A stretch of 25,078 nucleotides of DNA, taken from a virus. The position numbers and the translations under genes were made by a program. Where the stretch lies: the UHGV virus genome UHGV-1753993; one strand, written 5' to 3'. The notes under the pieces were generated by a model. The model saw nothing but the letters and a program-made list of their open reading frames with translations. It made no database searches and was not told the origin of the DNA. Shown here piece by piece: positions 1 to 7,918 of the stretch (position 1 is the stretch's first letter; each line of letters starts with the position of its first letter).

Positions 1-36
1 ACTGTATCGTAGCGAACAGTTTACAGCAGAACTTGA

Positions 37-70
37 AAGAGCATCGGTTTTCAACCGATGCTCTTCTTTT
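37..70 (+). terminator. intrinsic-terminator-like hairpin (13-bp stem AAGAGCATCGGTT / AACCGATGCTCTT, 3-nt loop) followed by CTTTTT
   Basis: Perfect inverted repeat read directly from sequence, T-run at 66-70; presumably ends an upstream + strand gene lying outside the window. Confidence 0.5.
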
Positions 71-87
71 TGTGCGTATTGCTGCCT

Positions 88-198
88 GATATATAATATG
101 TCAATAAATTTCACATACAAAAGTCTTTTCGCTTATGAAAACTACTCAACTCTGGTTTGAACGCCAGCAGTCAATCGCGGGGGGGCTCTTCGTGACAC
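88..198 (+). repeat. Family 5' module copy 1: putative promoter, leader ORF MKTTQLWFERQQSIAGG and G7 tract (179-185)
   Basis: About 110 bp nearly identical to the reverse complement of 5232-5344 and about 75 bp identical to the reverse complement of 1727-1798. Confidence 0.8.
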
Positions 199-913
199 TA
201 TTATCAGCGGCACTATCAACAAAGCAGATGGTTCACTACTTGAAGCTGCATATGCAACTATGCAAGAAGTCGAATGCTATGATGCTGACACTGGTGAATT
301 CTTAGCAGGCTCGCCTATTACAGTGCAGTCAAATGGCGTGCCAACATATAAGTTGACAATTCCTGCAAACAGGCTTGGTGCAGGTGCATTGTCAATTTGT
401 TCAGTGTATCTTGATAATGTCAGCATAAATGACTGTCTACGTTATGGCACTGGCTCCACTTTATATTGCTACGCAGGTCAAGGCGAGACACTTGATAATG
501 TCAATTTGACATGTGGTGATGCACTTGCATGCTTGCCTTGGATTCATGAAATTCATAGAGGTGATTCAGAGACAAATGAGCAACGTGTAGCAATTGTGCT
601 TGATGGCATTAAATCGTCTTGCACAGATGAAGACATTCAGCTACTTGCATCTACATTGTCGCACCCATTTGAATCATTTGGAAATGATAAAGTATTTGCA
701 GGCAAGCCTGCGTACTATGACAACTGCTTTGCTGAATGGCTAATGCTAAATGATTTTCAAGCAGGCAACATGGTCGATGCTTCTGTCACTAACTGCATTT
801 TGCTTATAGCAAATGACCCTGTAGTTGGTGTGGACATCTTGACTACTCTTGGATACATCACATCAGCGTTCACGTTCAACATGTATGACATGACAAACTG
901 GAATATGCTGTAA
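135..913 (+). CDS. Variable family protein, member 1; leader ORF (ATG 135) and body ORF (260-913 in track) offset by -1 at the G7 tract
   Basis: ATG at 135 encodes MKTTQLWFERQQSIAGG; body frame opens just upstream of the G-run as ..GGALRDT.., matching in-frame member 4595-5296 (..SIAGVALRDT..); one extra G or a -1 shift joins them; body shares CLPWIHE and AEWLMLNDF motifs with other members. Confidence 0.55.
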
Positions 914-931
914 TGAACTGCAAATGCACAC

Positions 932-963
932 AAAAAGACTCAGCAATATTGCTGAGTCTTTTT
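932..963. terminator. Bidirectional terminator: 22-nt perfect palindrome GACTCAGCAATATTGCTGAGTC flanked by A5 and T5
   Basis: Read directly; lies between convergent family genes (135-913 on + and 1790-about 1000 on -). Confidence 0.65.
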
Positions 964-1206
964 GTGTGCACTGTGACGCGCTTAATTGATGCATTCTGAG
1001 TGTAACATAGTCTGGAAATGACAGACTATTGCATGCATTGTTTAGATACTGTGTGATGTCATTTGCTGTAGGACCAGTACAGAATATCAATACATGCGAT
1101 GAATGCGCAGTGTTAATAGACTGCTGACGTAAATAGTCATTAACTTGTGCCCACTCAAGCACTGAATAGGTGCCTGAACCTGATATATCATACATTGATG
1201 CATCGC

Positions 1207-1790
1207 CTATCCATAGTGTGTTAGGGAATGCTTCGTTAATATGCGACAGCGTTTCTGCAACAGTTTGCCAGTCTGCTCGAAGTGCTGATTGTGTATTGTT
1301 TGCAATGTTATACTATACAATACTACTGCATGCATATTATCTTCATATTGTGCAGCTTCATATATCCACGGCAAGCATACAGAAGTTCCACCACACTGCA
1401 GTGATATGTCATATGAATTGCCATCGCTAACATTCGTGAGTGTGCCGCTACAGGCAGTGCCGTAATCTAATGCGCCCCATTCAGGGTCATCTGATTCAGT
1501 CTCGTGTGATACGGTAGCAAATAGTTGCAGAGCAAGTTCAGATGTGTCTGGTGACAAGCCTTTAAGCGTCATTTGAAATGTGCAATCACCTGACATGACA
1601 GGCAACATCATTGAACCAAGCAATGTGTTAGATGACATATCATATGCCTCTATGCGCAAAGGCAATGGTATATCAATGTACAGAGGCTCAGATTCACCAG
1701 CACAATAGATAGCGCAGTTAAGTGTTGTATCACGAAGAGCCCCCCCGCGATTGACTGCTGGCGTTCAAACCAGAGTTGAGTAGTTTTCAT
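1207..1790 (-). pseudogene. Variable family member 3, multiply frame-disrupted (C7 tract at 1740-1746; second frame change near 1313-1340)
   Basis: ATG at 1790 gives MKTTQLWFERQQSIAGG; body ORF 1207-1665 is in the -1 frame (..GGALRDTTLN..CLPWIYE..HAVVL); conserved C-terminal motifs (ETLSHINEAF, VLEWAQVNDY) continue in a third frame (track ORF 863-1195) that reads through the 932-963 terminator with no stop. Confidence 0.45.
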
Positions 1791-1798
1791 AAGCGAAA
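1727..1798 (-). repeat. Family 5' module copy 3 (leader + C7/G7 tract)
   Basis: Reverse complement is identical to 131-198 apart from one base after the tract. Confidence 0.8.
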
Positions 1799-1883
1799 GA
1801 GCTGTTAAAAGTTTGTGAAAATGTTTACAAATTATTTATCAACTAAGTGCAAAATCTGTAAGTATATAGTTTTAATATACATC

Positions 1884-1924
1884 AAAAAAAAAACTCCACT
1901 GAGAATTCAGTGGAGTTTTTTTTT
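1884..1924. terminator. Bidirectional intrinsic terminator: A10, 9-bp stem CTCCACTGA / TCAGTGGAG, 4-nt loop, T9
   Basis: Read directly; immediately downstream of the stop of minus-strand gene 1945-2574. Confidence 0.75.
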
Positions 1925-1944
1925 GATGCTTCTAATGACAACTG

Positions 1945-2574
1945 TCAATAAATGCCAACTATGACATGACCACCAAGTCTATTGTTGATAGCTGTGCAAA
2001 TTGCATCAGCATCTTCATATTGCAAATTTGCAAACATAATATGTTCTGGTCCAGGTGAAGTTACACTGCCACTATTCATATGCAATTGGCGCCATTGTTC
2101 AAACATTGCAATTGCATCATCTTGGTAATCAAATCCGCCAACAAGATATGCATCAGGCGCGTATTGCCTCACATATGTTGTGGTGCCAAACTCTTCACCA
2201 AGTGCTGCTGCACCATATTCATCGCAGTCACTAATTCGAATTTGATTGCCATTTGGCAAATACTTGTTAGGATTTGCAGGATAAAACCATGGTAGCACAC
2301 CCAGTTTGTTGACACATATGTCAATGTTGTTTTTTGATGCAGGCTCACCAAATGTTACCAAACATGAGCCATTGCCCATCATGACAGTGTTTTCATGCAT
2401 GCCAACAACATATTTGGTGCCTTTTGGCTCATATGTGCTGAATGTCCATAAGCCTGTTTCAGCATCTGATTGCACTTGGTTGCTAATGTAGCCATCAACT
2501 GACCACATATTGACTGCTACAGATGGAATGTGAGCAACTTGTTCTGAGTCATAATCTCTGATGTAGCCAGACAC
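1945..2574 (-). CDS. Hypothetical protein, distant homolog of the variable family (shares LPWFY and FEQWRQLHMNSG-type motifs); start uncertain
   Basis: Track ORF (209 aa; listed start is GTG). A possible leader ATG at 2645 (MQIPRNWGGG) runs into the C11/G11 tract at 2616-2626 and is -1 out of frame with the body. Confidence 0.6.
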   Translation of the reverse strand: MSGYIRDYDSEQVAHIPSVAVNMWSVDGYISNQVQSDAETGLWTFSTYEPKGTKYVVGMHENTVMMGNGSCLVTFGEPASKNNIDICVNKLGVLPWFYPANPNKYLPNGNQIRISDCDEYGAAALGEEFGTTTYVRQYAPDAYLVGGFDYQDDAIAMFEQWRQLHMNSGSVTSPGPEHIMFANLQYEDADAICTAINNRLGGHVIVGIY

Positions 2575-2615
2575 TTCTTCTACGAATGTAGGTCCAGTTT
2601 GGAGGGCTTGTTGTG

Positions 2616-2626
2616 CCCCCCCCCCC
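2616..2626. repeat. Homopolymer C11 (G11 on the minus-strand mRNA), with adjacent AGTT forming an inverted-repeat arm
   Basis: Read directly; partner arm AACTGGGGGGGG at 2914-2925. Confidence 0.9.
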
Positions 2627-2650
2627 AGTTACGAGGGATTTGCATATGAA

Positions 2651-2836
2651 TTGAGTTTTTGAAATGAGTTGAGTTTTGATGCAAGATGCAAAAACTTTTG
2701 AGTTTTGATGCAAGATGCAAAACTTTTGAGTTTTGATGCAAGATGCAAAACTTTTGAGTTTTGATGCAAGATGCAAAACAACTAAGATGTTGTTTTGATG
2801 CAAGATGCAAAACAACTAAGATGTTGTTTTGATATG
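2651..2836. repeat. Tandem direct-repeat array: 3 units of about 28 bp (TTTTGATGCAAGATGCAAAACTTTTGAG) and 2 units of 34 bp (..AAAACAACTAAGATGTTG), plus partial units
   Basis: Read directly; each unit contains the internal duplication GATGCAA-GATGCAA; no spacers, so not a CRISPR array. Confidence 0.9.
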
Positions 2837-2913
2837 TACATATGGGCAGTCAAAATATATAAACAAACAATTTAATTTTTGAAAAACTCATAAGTTTTAT
2901 GACATTCAAATTG

Positions 2914-2925
2914 AACTGGGGGGGG
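2914..2925. repeat. AACT + homopolymer G8 (2918-2925); inverted partner of 2616-2630
   Basis: Read directly. Confidence 0.85.
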
Positions 2926-3034
2926 TCACATATCTGGCTCAATCTCTTGTTATAACGTAGGTGACATTGCATTCGATGAAAAGTTTGCAGTGTTGCTTTC
3001 ATGTCACATTGCATAACTTAAAACATCGAAACAT

Positions 3035-3463
3035 ATGGCAGTTCAAACACGTTCGGTACTCAAAACGTACTTTGAAACCGGAGATAAACCCACCTCAGCA
3101 CAATTTGGCGACCTCATTGATAGTGCGTTGATGGCTCGATATATTTGGGAGACTGCATCAACTTTTGCAGCAATGGGCAGCACAGTATATATGTCAAATG
3201 CTACTGCAGCGCAAACAATAGATATGCAAGCAGTAGAACTTGGTGAAAGCTTTGTATTCAATAGAGTTGGCGAAGCAGCTGGAATTAATTTGCTGCCAAC
3301 ATTTTCTGGCAGTGGAATTTCAAGACGTTTTGCAGCTAACTATTATGATGTATCTGCAGATTCACCAGGTGTAATGTCATATGCTGTATTGATGACAAAT
3401 ATGAGTCAAGAATTGCTGACATTAAAAGTCGCTCTTATCAACCGCGCTTTATACAACAACTAG
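3035..3463 (+). CDS. Hypothetical protein with conserved N-terminus MAVQTR.VLKTYFETGDKPT.AQFGDLIDS (tandem paralog A)
   Basis: Track ORF with ATG start; N-terminal 30 aa nearly identical to 3541-3951 at protein level but diverged at DNA level. Confidence 0.7.
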   Translation: MAVQTRSVLKTYFETGDKPTSAQFGDLIDSALMARYIWETASTFAAMGSTVYMSNATAAQTIDMQAVELGESFVFNRVGEAAGINLLPTFSGSGISRRFAANYYDVSADSPGVMSYAVLMTNMSQELLTLKVALINRALYNN

Positions 3464-3540
3464 CAGACATACTTGAATGATGAAATTGTTCGAGCTTGTC
3501 TGCAATACAATAACAGACAAACTTCAAACAATTTCATACT

Positions 3541-3951
3541 ATGGCTGTACAAACAAGAAATGTTCTCAAGACATATTTCGAGACAGGCGATAAGCCAACT
3601 GCTGCTCAATTTGGTGATTTGATTGATAGCATATTTGCTGCTAAGTTTATGATGGTATCAAGTACCAGCATTAATGCTGTGCCAAATACATTGTACAGCA
3701 TTAATGCTGGTACATCTACCGTGACAATTAATGCAAATGCGCTTGAACGCGGTGAATCATTTATAGTTGACCGTGGCACTAATGCAATTTATGCAAATGC
3801 TGACGTTGACTTTGTGCACAACAACATGGTTATGTACTCAAAAGGATATGCAAATGTCAGTGCGCCGCAAGATGATTGCATAATGTCGTACACTGCATTA
3901 CTGTGTAATGACTATGTGTTGCTTGTCAATAGGGCATACTATAGCATATAG
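3541..3951 (+). CDS. Hypothetical protein, tandem paralog B of 3035-3463
   Basis: Track ORF with ATG start; shared N-terminal domain. Confidence 0.7.
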   Translation: MAVQTRNVLKTYFETGDKPTAAQFGDLIDSIFAAKFMMVSSTSINAVPNTLYSINAGTSTVTINANALERGESFIVDRGTNAIYANADVDFVHNNMVMYSKGYANVSAPQDDCIMSYTALLCNDYVLLVNRAYYSI

Positions 3952-3975
3952 ATGTCTAAAATTGCCAAACAGCAC

Positions 3976-4010
3976 AAAAAATGCTCCACTGAGATTTCTC
4001 AGTGGAGCAT
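3976..4010. terminator. Terminator hairpin (14-bp stem ATGCTCCACTGAGA / TCTCAGTGGAGCAT) with A-run on the + side (T-run for the minus-strand transcript)
   Basis: Read directly; between convergent genes 3541-3951 (+) and 4036-4559 (-); stem core CTCCACTGAG is shared with the 1884-1924 terminator. Confidence 0.65.
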
Positions 4011-4035
4011 TGCTTATATGTGATGCATCTGTCAG

Positions 4036-4559
4036 TTAGCTGACTTTCTTTGCATTCTTAAGTATGATTGACACGATATCTCCATTGTTAATTTTGACAG
4101 ATGGATTTGACATTGGCAATGTAAGCTTATCACCAACGCCTAATGGATATTGCCATGCCATAGAAGTTAACAGTATGGGATTACCACCAGGGCTTGTGTT
4201 GTTAATGTTGGCATACACATTGATGTTGTAAACGTTGCCAGTACCACGGCCATCTGCTGCATAACAGCCAAAGCCAATTTTTGCAGCAAAGTTTGAGTAG
4301 TCATAAGCTTTTGGCATCATTAACGCACCAATGGCGTAAGTTTCACCACCGCGGCATTCCATCATTTTGATAGGAAAGCCTGACGTTGGTATGTTAACTG
4401 TAACATTGTCAAGCGATATTGTACCTTGTATCGCCATTGTTTCAGTAGTGCCAAAGTTGTACAATGAAGCGTCACCAATAACAAGCTGCAGGTAGACTAA
4501 TTTAGAGCCCCCCCCGCTAGCACTTGTTGACGCTCAAACCAAAATTGTGGAGTTTTCAT
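4036..4559 (-). CDS. Variable family member 4; leader MKTPQFWFERQQVLAGG (ATG 4559) offset by -1 from the body at the C8/G8 tract (4508-4515)
   Basis: Leader frame stops 3 codons after the tract; body frame opens at the tract (SGGGSKLVYLQ..) and continues to the stop at 4036; body is G/N-rich. Confidence 0.5.
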
Positions 4560-4594
4560 ATGCTATGTGTTTGAATATTGTAAGATATGTACAC

Positions 4595-5296
4595 TTAGCC
4601 AAGTGTTGTTTTATCTGTGATGAACACATGAAATATGTCAGATAGTGTTTTCACAATTATAGCGCCCTCATATATTGGCGAAACATAAGAAGCATTAGCA
4701 ATAGACCATATGCCGACATGTGTCAATTTTGCAGATAAGCTATTGCCAACTCTAAAATTAGCAGCCAAGCTATTTGCAGCTATGTTAACTGACACATTGA
4801 CATTAGATGCTACTGATGTATTGCAAATTGTTGACAGTTTAATTGCCACTGGCAACGCAGATTCAAGCATTGCGGTGCAAATGCATGTATTGCCACTGTT
4901 AGTTATTGTTACTTCGCATGATTTGAACGCTTCAATATTGACATTTAGTGTGTTGTTAGCAATATCTGCGCCATATATAAGTGTAAATGCTGCAGATGAC
5001 CAAGACATATCTGCAGCATCAGGCGTGTCAATAAGATAAAATTGTGCGTCTTTTGTTGAGCCGACTAATTGCTTATAGTCATCACCAGTTATGTAAAATG
5101 TGATGCCATCACCATTATTGCTTGTGTACAAGCCTCTTTGAAGTGTTCGCCCTGTTTCAATACAGTGTAAATAGCAAGTTAGTCCATTAACAATGTTATC
5201 AGCATTGTCACGCACGTATATGTGCACGCCTGTGTCACGAAGAGCCACCCCCGCGATTGACTGCTGGCGTTCAAACCAGAGTTGAGTAGTTTTCAT
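4595..5296 (-). CDS. Variable family member 2, intact in-frame copy (233 aa)
   Basis: Track ORF with ATG start; leader MKTTQLWFERQQSIAG then VALRDT..; tract is GGGGGTGG (T-interrupted), giving a continuous frame. Confidence 0.75.
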   Translation of the reverse strand: MKTTQLWFERQQSIAGVALRDTGVHIYVRDNADNIVNGLTCYLHCIETGRTLQRGLYTSNNGDGITFYITGDDYKQLVGSTKDAQFYLIDTPDAADMSWSSAAFTLIYGADIANNTLNVNIEAFKSCEVTITNSGNTCICTAMLESALPVAIKLSTICNTSVASNVNVSVNIAANSLAANFRVGNSLSAKLTHVGIWSIANASYVSPIYEGAIIVKTLSDIFHVFITDKTTLG

Positions 5297-5344
5297 AAGC
5301 GAAAAGACTTTTTGTATGTGAAATTTATTGACATATTATATATC
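5232..5344 (-). repeat. Family 5' module copy 2 (promoter + leader + interrupted G tract)
   Basis: Reverse complement nearly identical to 88-198 (differences: A5 vs A4 upstream of the ATG; GGGGGTGG vs GGGGGGG). Confidence 0.85.
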
Positions 5345-5416
5345 AAATCAGTGCAAATTTGATAAATTTGTAGTACAATTATCATATATCAATATAGTAT
5401 ACAAACCTCTACAACA

Positions 5417-5728
5417 ATGAATATAAACGCATTCAAAGCAATTGAAAAACAACTCAAGCATCTAAAATTTTATGACAGAATAAATCTGTCTCATCTTGAT
5501 ATTCATAGCAGCGTTAACAATGCACAAGTTAAGTTAATAAGCTGTCAATACATGGGTTGCCTTGGCTCGCCAAAAGAACTTCGGTTCGCAGTTAAACGAA
5601 CTGATATGCAGGCAGCGCCAACATCATGGTATCACTATTTAGCAGTGCCAGAATTGTTCTCACAAGATGCAATCGAACAAATTAAAGCAACAATTAAAGT
5701 AGCTATATCTGCAAAAACTCAGCATTAA
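5417..5728 (+). CDS. Hypothetical protein (103 aa)
   Basis: Track ORF with ATG start; start region CTCTACAACAATGAA shared with 5751. Confidence 0.6.
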   Translation: MNINAFKAIEKQLKHLKFYDRINLSHLDIHSSVNNAQVKLISCQYMGCLGSPKELRFAVKRTDMQAAPTSWYHYLAVPELFSQDAIEQIKATIKVAISAKTQH

Positions 5729-5750
5729 ACAACTCAAAATCTCTACAACA

Positions 5751-6230
5751 ATGAACATCAACGACATTAACAAAGAACTTCTTAAAATCTTCTTAGAGAA
5801 GCATGGAGAAGTTCGTCTTTCTAAGAAACATGACTTTCTTGCAATAGAACGCCAACGTACAGACACTCATGTTATTGTAGGCGTATCCTGCAATTTCTTT
5901 GACGATTGTCATACGACCATATCGCAATTTGAAATTCCTGTAAAAGACTGGGACAACCGCAGCAAGTTCATTGCAATGAAAGACTATGTTCGTCAGCCAA
6001 TTGTGCATGAGGACACTGATATGTTTCCGTGGCTGCATTGTATCAAATTTGACATGTCAGTCAAAGCATTCGAATATGTTCCGATTTCTGCACAGTCAAA
6101 TGCAATAGAGCTTGAATTGCTCAACAATCCGCCCTACAAATGGTGCAATAAAGAGCCTGAATTCGATGACTTTGATGACGACTTTGCAAGTCTTGAAGAT
6201 TGCATGGGATATGATGACGATAATGAATAA
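5751..6230 (+). CDS. Hypothetical protein with acidic C-terminus (159 aa)
   Basis: Track ORF with ATG start. Confidence 0.65.
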   Translation: MNINDINKELLKIFLEKHGEVRLSKKHDFLAIERQRTDTHVIVGVSCNFFDDCHTTISQFEIPVKDWDNRSKFIAMKDYVRQPIVHEDTDMFPWLHCIKFDMSVKAFEYVPISAQSNAIELELLNNPPYKWCNKEPEFDDFDDDFASLEDCMGYDDDNE

Positions 6231-6242
6231 AACGCGACTATC

Positions 6243-6533
6243 ATGACACCAGATTATACAGTAGCATTCAGTATTTGCGAAAACAACAAACAAGTCGCAT
6301 ATCGCAAAGCAGAAGTAGGTCCAGAACAATTTGCAGTCATGTCATCTATGCAGATTGGTGCAATCATCAATTTAACAGACAGTGTTAATGTACCTGCAGA
6401 ACGTCGTCAAGAAATGTCATCGCTGTGCGGCGCATATCGCATTATTGACATACAGTACAGTGTAAAAGTAGAAACAATATTGAGTACTTTTGCAGCTTGT
6501 CAGCATTGTGTCATCAAACTTGTGCGAGCATGA
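6243..6533 (+). CDS. Hypothetical protein (96 aa)
   Basis: Track ORF; ATG 12 nt after the preceding stop. Confidence 0.55.
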   Translation: MTPDYTVAFSICENNKQVAYRKAEVGPEQFAVMSSMQIGAIINLTDSVNVPAERRQEMSSLCGAYRIIDIQYSVKVETILSTFAACQHCVIKLVRA

Positions 6534-6670
6534 AATTGAACAAGTTGTTCAAATTGCGTCAACGTTTCATAACTTGTTCATTGATTCTAATGTTCGCATG
6601 GAACTGTGCAATGCTGCAAACAATGATATCGATTCTGTAGTCAAGCGAATTCTTAACATCTCAATGTAAC

Positions 6671-6967
6671 ATGCAAACTAATATGCAAACTAACACATTA
6701 TATCTTGCAAGGCTATCTAATGGTCAAGACATTGGCATAACAGAACTTGCACAGCCAGTATTTCCATGTTTTGTGTATGATGACACATCAAAGGTCTATC
6801 TTACACAAGCAGAACTTGAACAGCAGCCTCATGCAAGACATTGTCATGCAATACCAGATGCACATGCATTACATGTCAGTGGTGTTGGTTATGTACGAGG
6901 CTGGACTGAATTATTTGCCGCATGCAAATCATTAAGAACTGACATCATAAAACTTGAGCGTATATGA
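6671..6967 (+). CDS. Hypothetical protein, paralog of 7291-7551
   Basis: Track ORF; shared motifs ITEL.QPV..C and GYVR.W.EL with 7291-7551. Confidence 0.6.
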   Translation: MQTNMQTNTLYLARLSNGQDIGITELAQPVFPCFVYDDTSKVYLTQAELEQQPHARHCHAIPDAHALHVSGVGYVRGWTELFAACKSLRTDIIKLERI

Positions 6968-7260
6968 AAAACTTTCTGACAATTGTTGCATGCATTATGT
7001 TCATGCTGTTAGGCTATATTCTGAATGGCTGCATTATTATGAACTTCTGGGAGTGGTTTGTAATGCCTGTGTGGCCAGCATTGACTGCGTTATCGCTTAA
7101 GCATGCAATTGGGATATCATTTGTACTGACATTGTTCAAGAATCATGACACAATCAACAAGTTCAGTGAATTGCCGATTGCTGCGCAGTTCTTTATGTAT
7201 TGCATCATGCAGCCTGCAATAATTATGTTCTTGGGTTTTATGGTGCATTGCTTTTTGTAG
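6964..7260 (+). CDS. Small hydrophobic membrane protein (about 3 predicted TM segments)
   Basis: Track ORF; ATGA start/stop overlap with the preceding gene; sequence dominated by hydrophobic runs. Confidence 0.6.
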   Translation: MKNFLTIVACIMFMLLGYILNGCIIMNFWEWFVMPVWPALTALSLKHAIGISFVLTLFKNHDTINKFSELPIAAQFFMYCIMQPAIIMFLGFMVHCFL

Positions 7261-7290
7261 ATATCTTAACAATATCATAAATTGCAAGCA

Positions 7291-7551
7291 ATGGACAAAC
7301 AAGTACGATGCATATTGCGCAATGGCAAGAAAATCACAGTGACTGAATTGTCAGAGCCTGTGTATCATTGCGTATACACAAGTAACAACGCAGAAGTTTG
7401 GCTAACTGCCAAGCAAATCAAAGATGCTGCAGGTGCAGTCAAGTATGTTGACAGCAAGCCATACATGTTGCATGTCTTTATGACAGGCTACGTTCGTGAC
7501 TGGTCTGAATTGCATAAGCGATATGATATTGTAGAACTACAAAACGTCTAA
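7291..7551 (+). CDS. Hypothetical protein, paralog of 6671-6967
   Basis: Track ORF 7282-7551 starts at TTG; first in-frame ATG is 7291. Confidence 0.6.
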   Translation: MDKQVRCILRNGKKITVTELSEPVYHCVYTSNNAEVWLTAKQIKDAAGAVKYVDSKPYMLHVFMTGYVRDWSELHKRYDIVELQNV

Positions 7552-7555
7552 GAAT

Positions 7556-7918
7556 ATGAAACGATTTACATTGTTGTTCATTGCAATTGCATGCATTGCA
7601 TGTGCTGCAGTTAAGCCAACATATGTGTCAACTGTCACTTTGCAACCACGAGAATTTGTTGATAGTGTATGCAATGCACATAATACGCATTTGCCTGAAA
7701 TTGATGTGTGGCATGCTCAAGCGACTGATTCTACTTGTCTTGTTGCAAGAGTAGATACGACATTCAAACATGCTCGATACATTACTACTTCAGCGCCATA
7801 CATTAAGTCAAATGGCAAAGTCGACAACAAACGCTGGTATTTGATTGTTGCGTCAGTTTATCCTTATAGAGATTCTGTGCGTGTAGTGATGCGAATTGAG
7901 CCTCAATCAAATGAATGA
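7556..7918 (+). CDS. Putative secreted protein or lipoprotein (N-terminal signal MKRFTLLFIAIACIACAA with lipobox-like IAC)
   Basis: Track ORF; hydrophobic N-terminus followed by Cys, read by eye. Confidence 0.55.
   Translation: MKRFTLLFIAIACIACAAVKPTYVSTVTLQPREFVDSVCNAHNTHLPEIDVWHAQATDSTCLVARVDTTFKHARYITTSAPYIKSNGKVDNKRWYLIVASVYPYRDSVRVVMRIEPQSNE

Noticed and set aside
863-1195. Track ORF on the minus strand treated as an independent 110-aa gene
   Set aside because: Its translation carries the conserved C-terminal motifs of the variable family and is better explained as a frame-shifted continuation of member 3; it also reads through the 932-963 terminator
2549-2815. Two minus-strand track ORFs (2549-2815, 2580-2810) across the tandem repeats
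   Set aside because: They are translations of the repeat array (repetitive peptide); only the short leader from ATG 2645 is plausibly meaningful
2651-2836. Possible CRISPR array
   Set aside because: Repeat units are contiguous with no unique spacers and units are not uniform; no cas genes in the window
6536-6552. Short palindrome TTGAACAAGTTGTTCAA just after the stop of gene 6243-6533, considered as a terminator
   Set aside because: Stem of only 8 bp with a 1-nt loop and no T-run; may be an operator-like site, but evidence is too thin to call a feature
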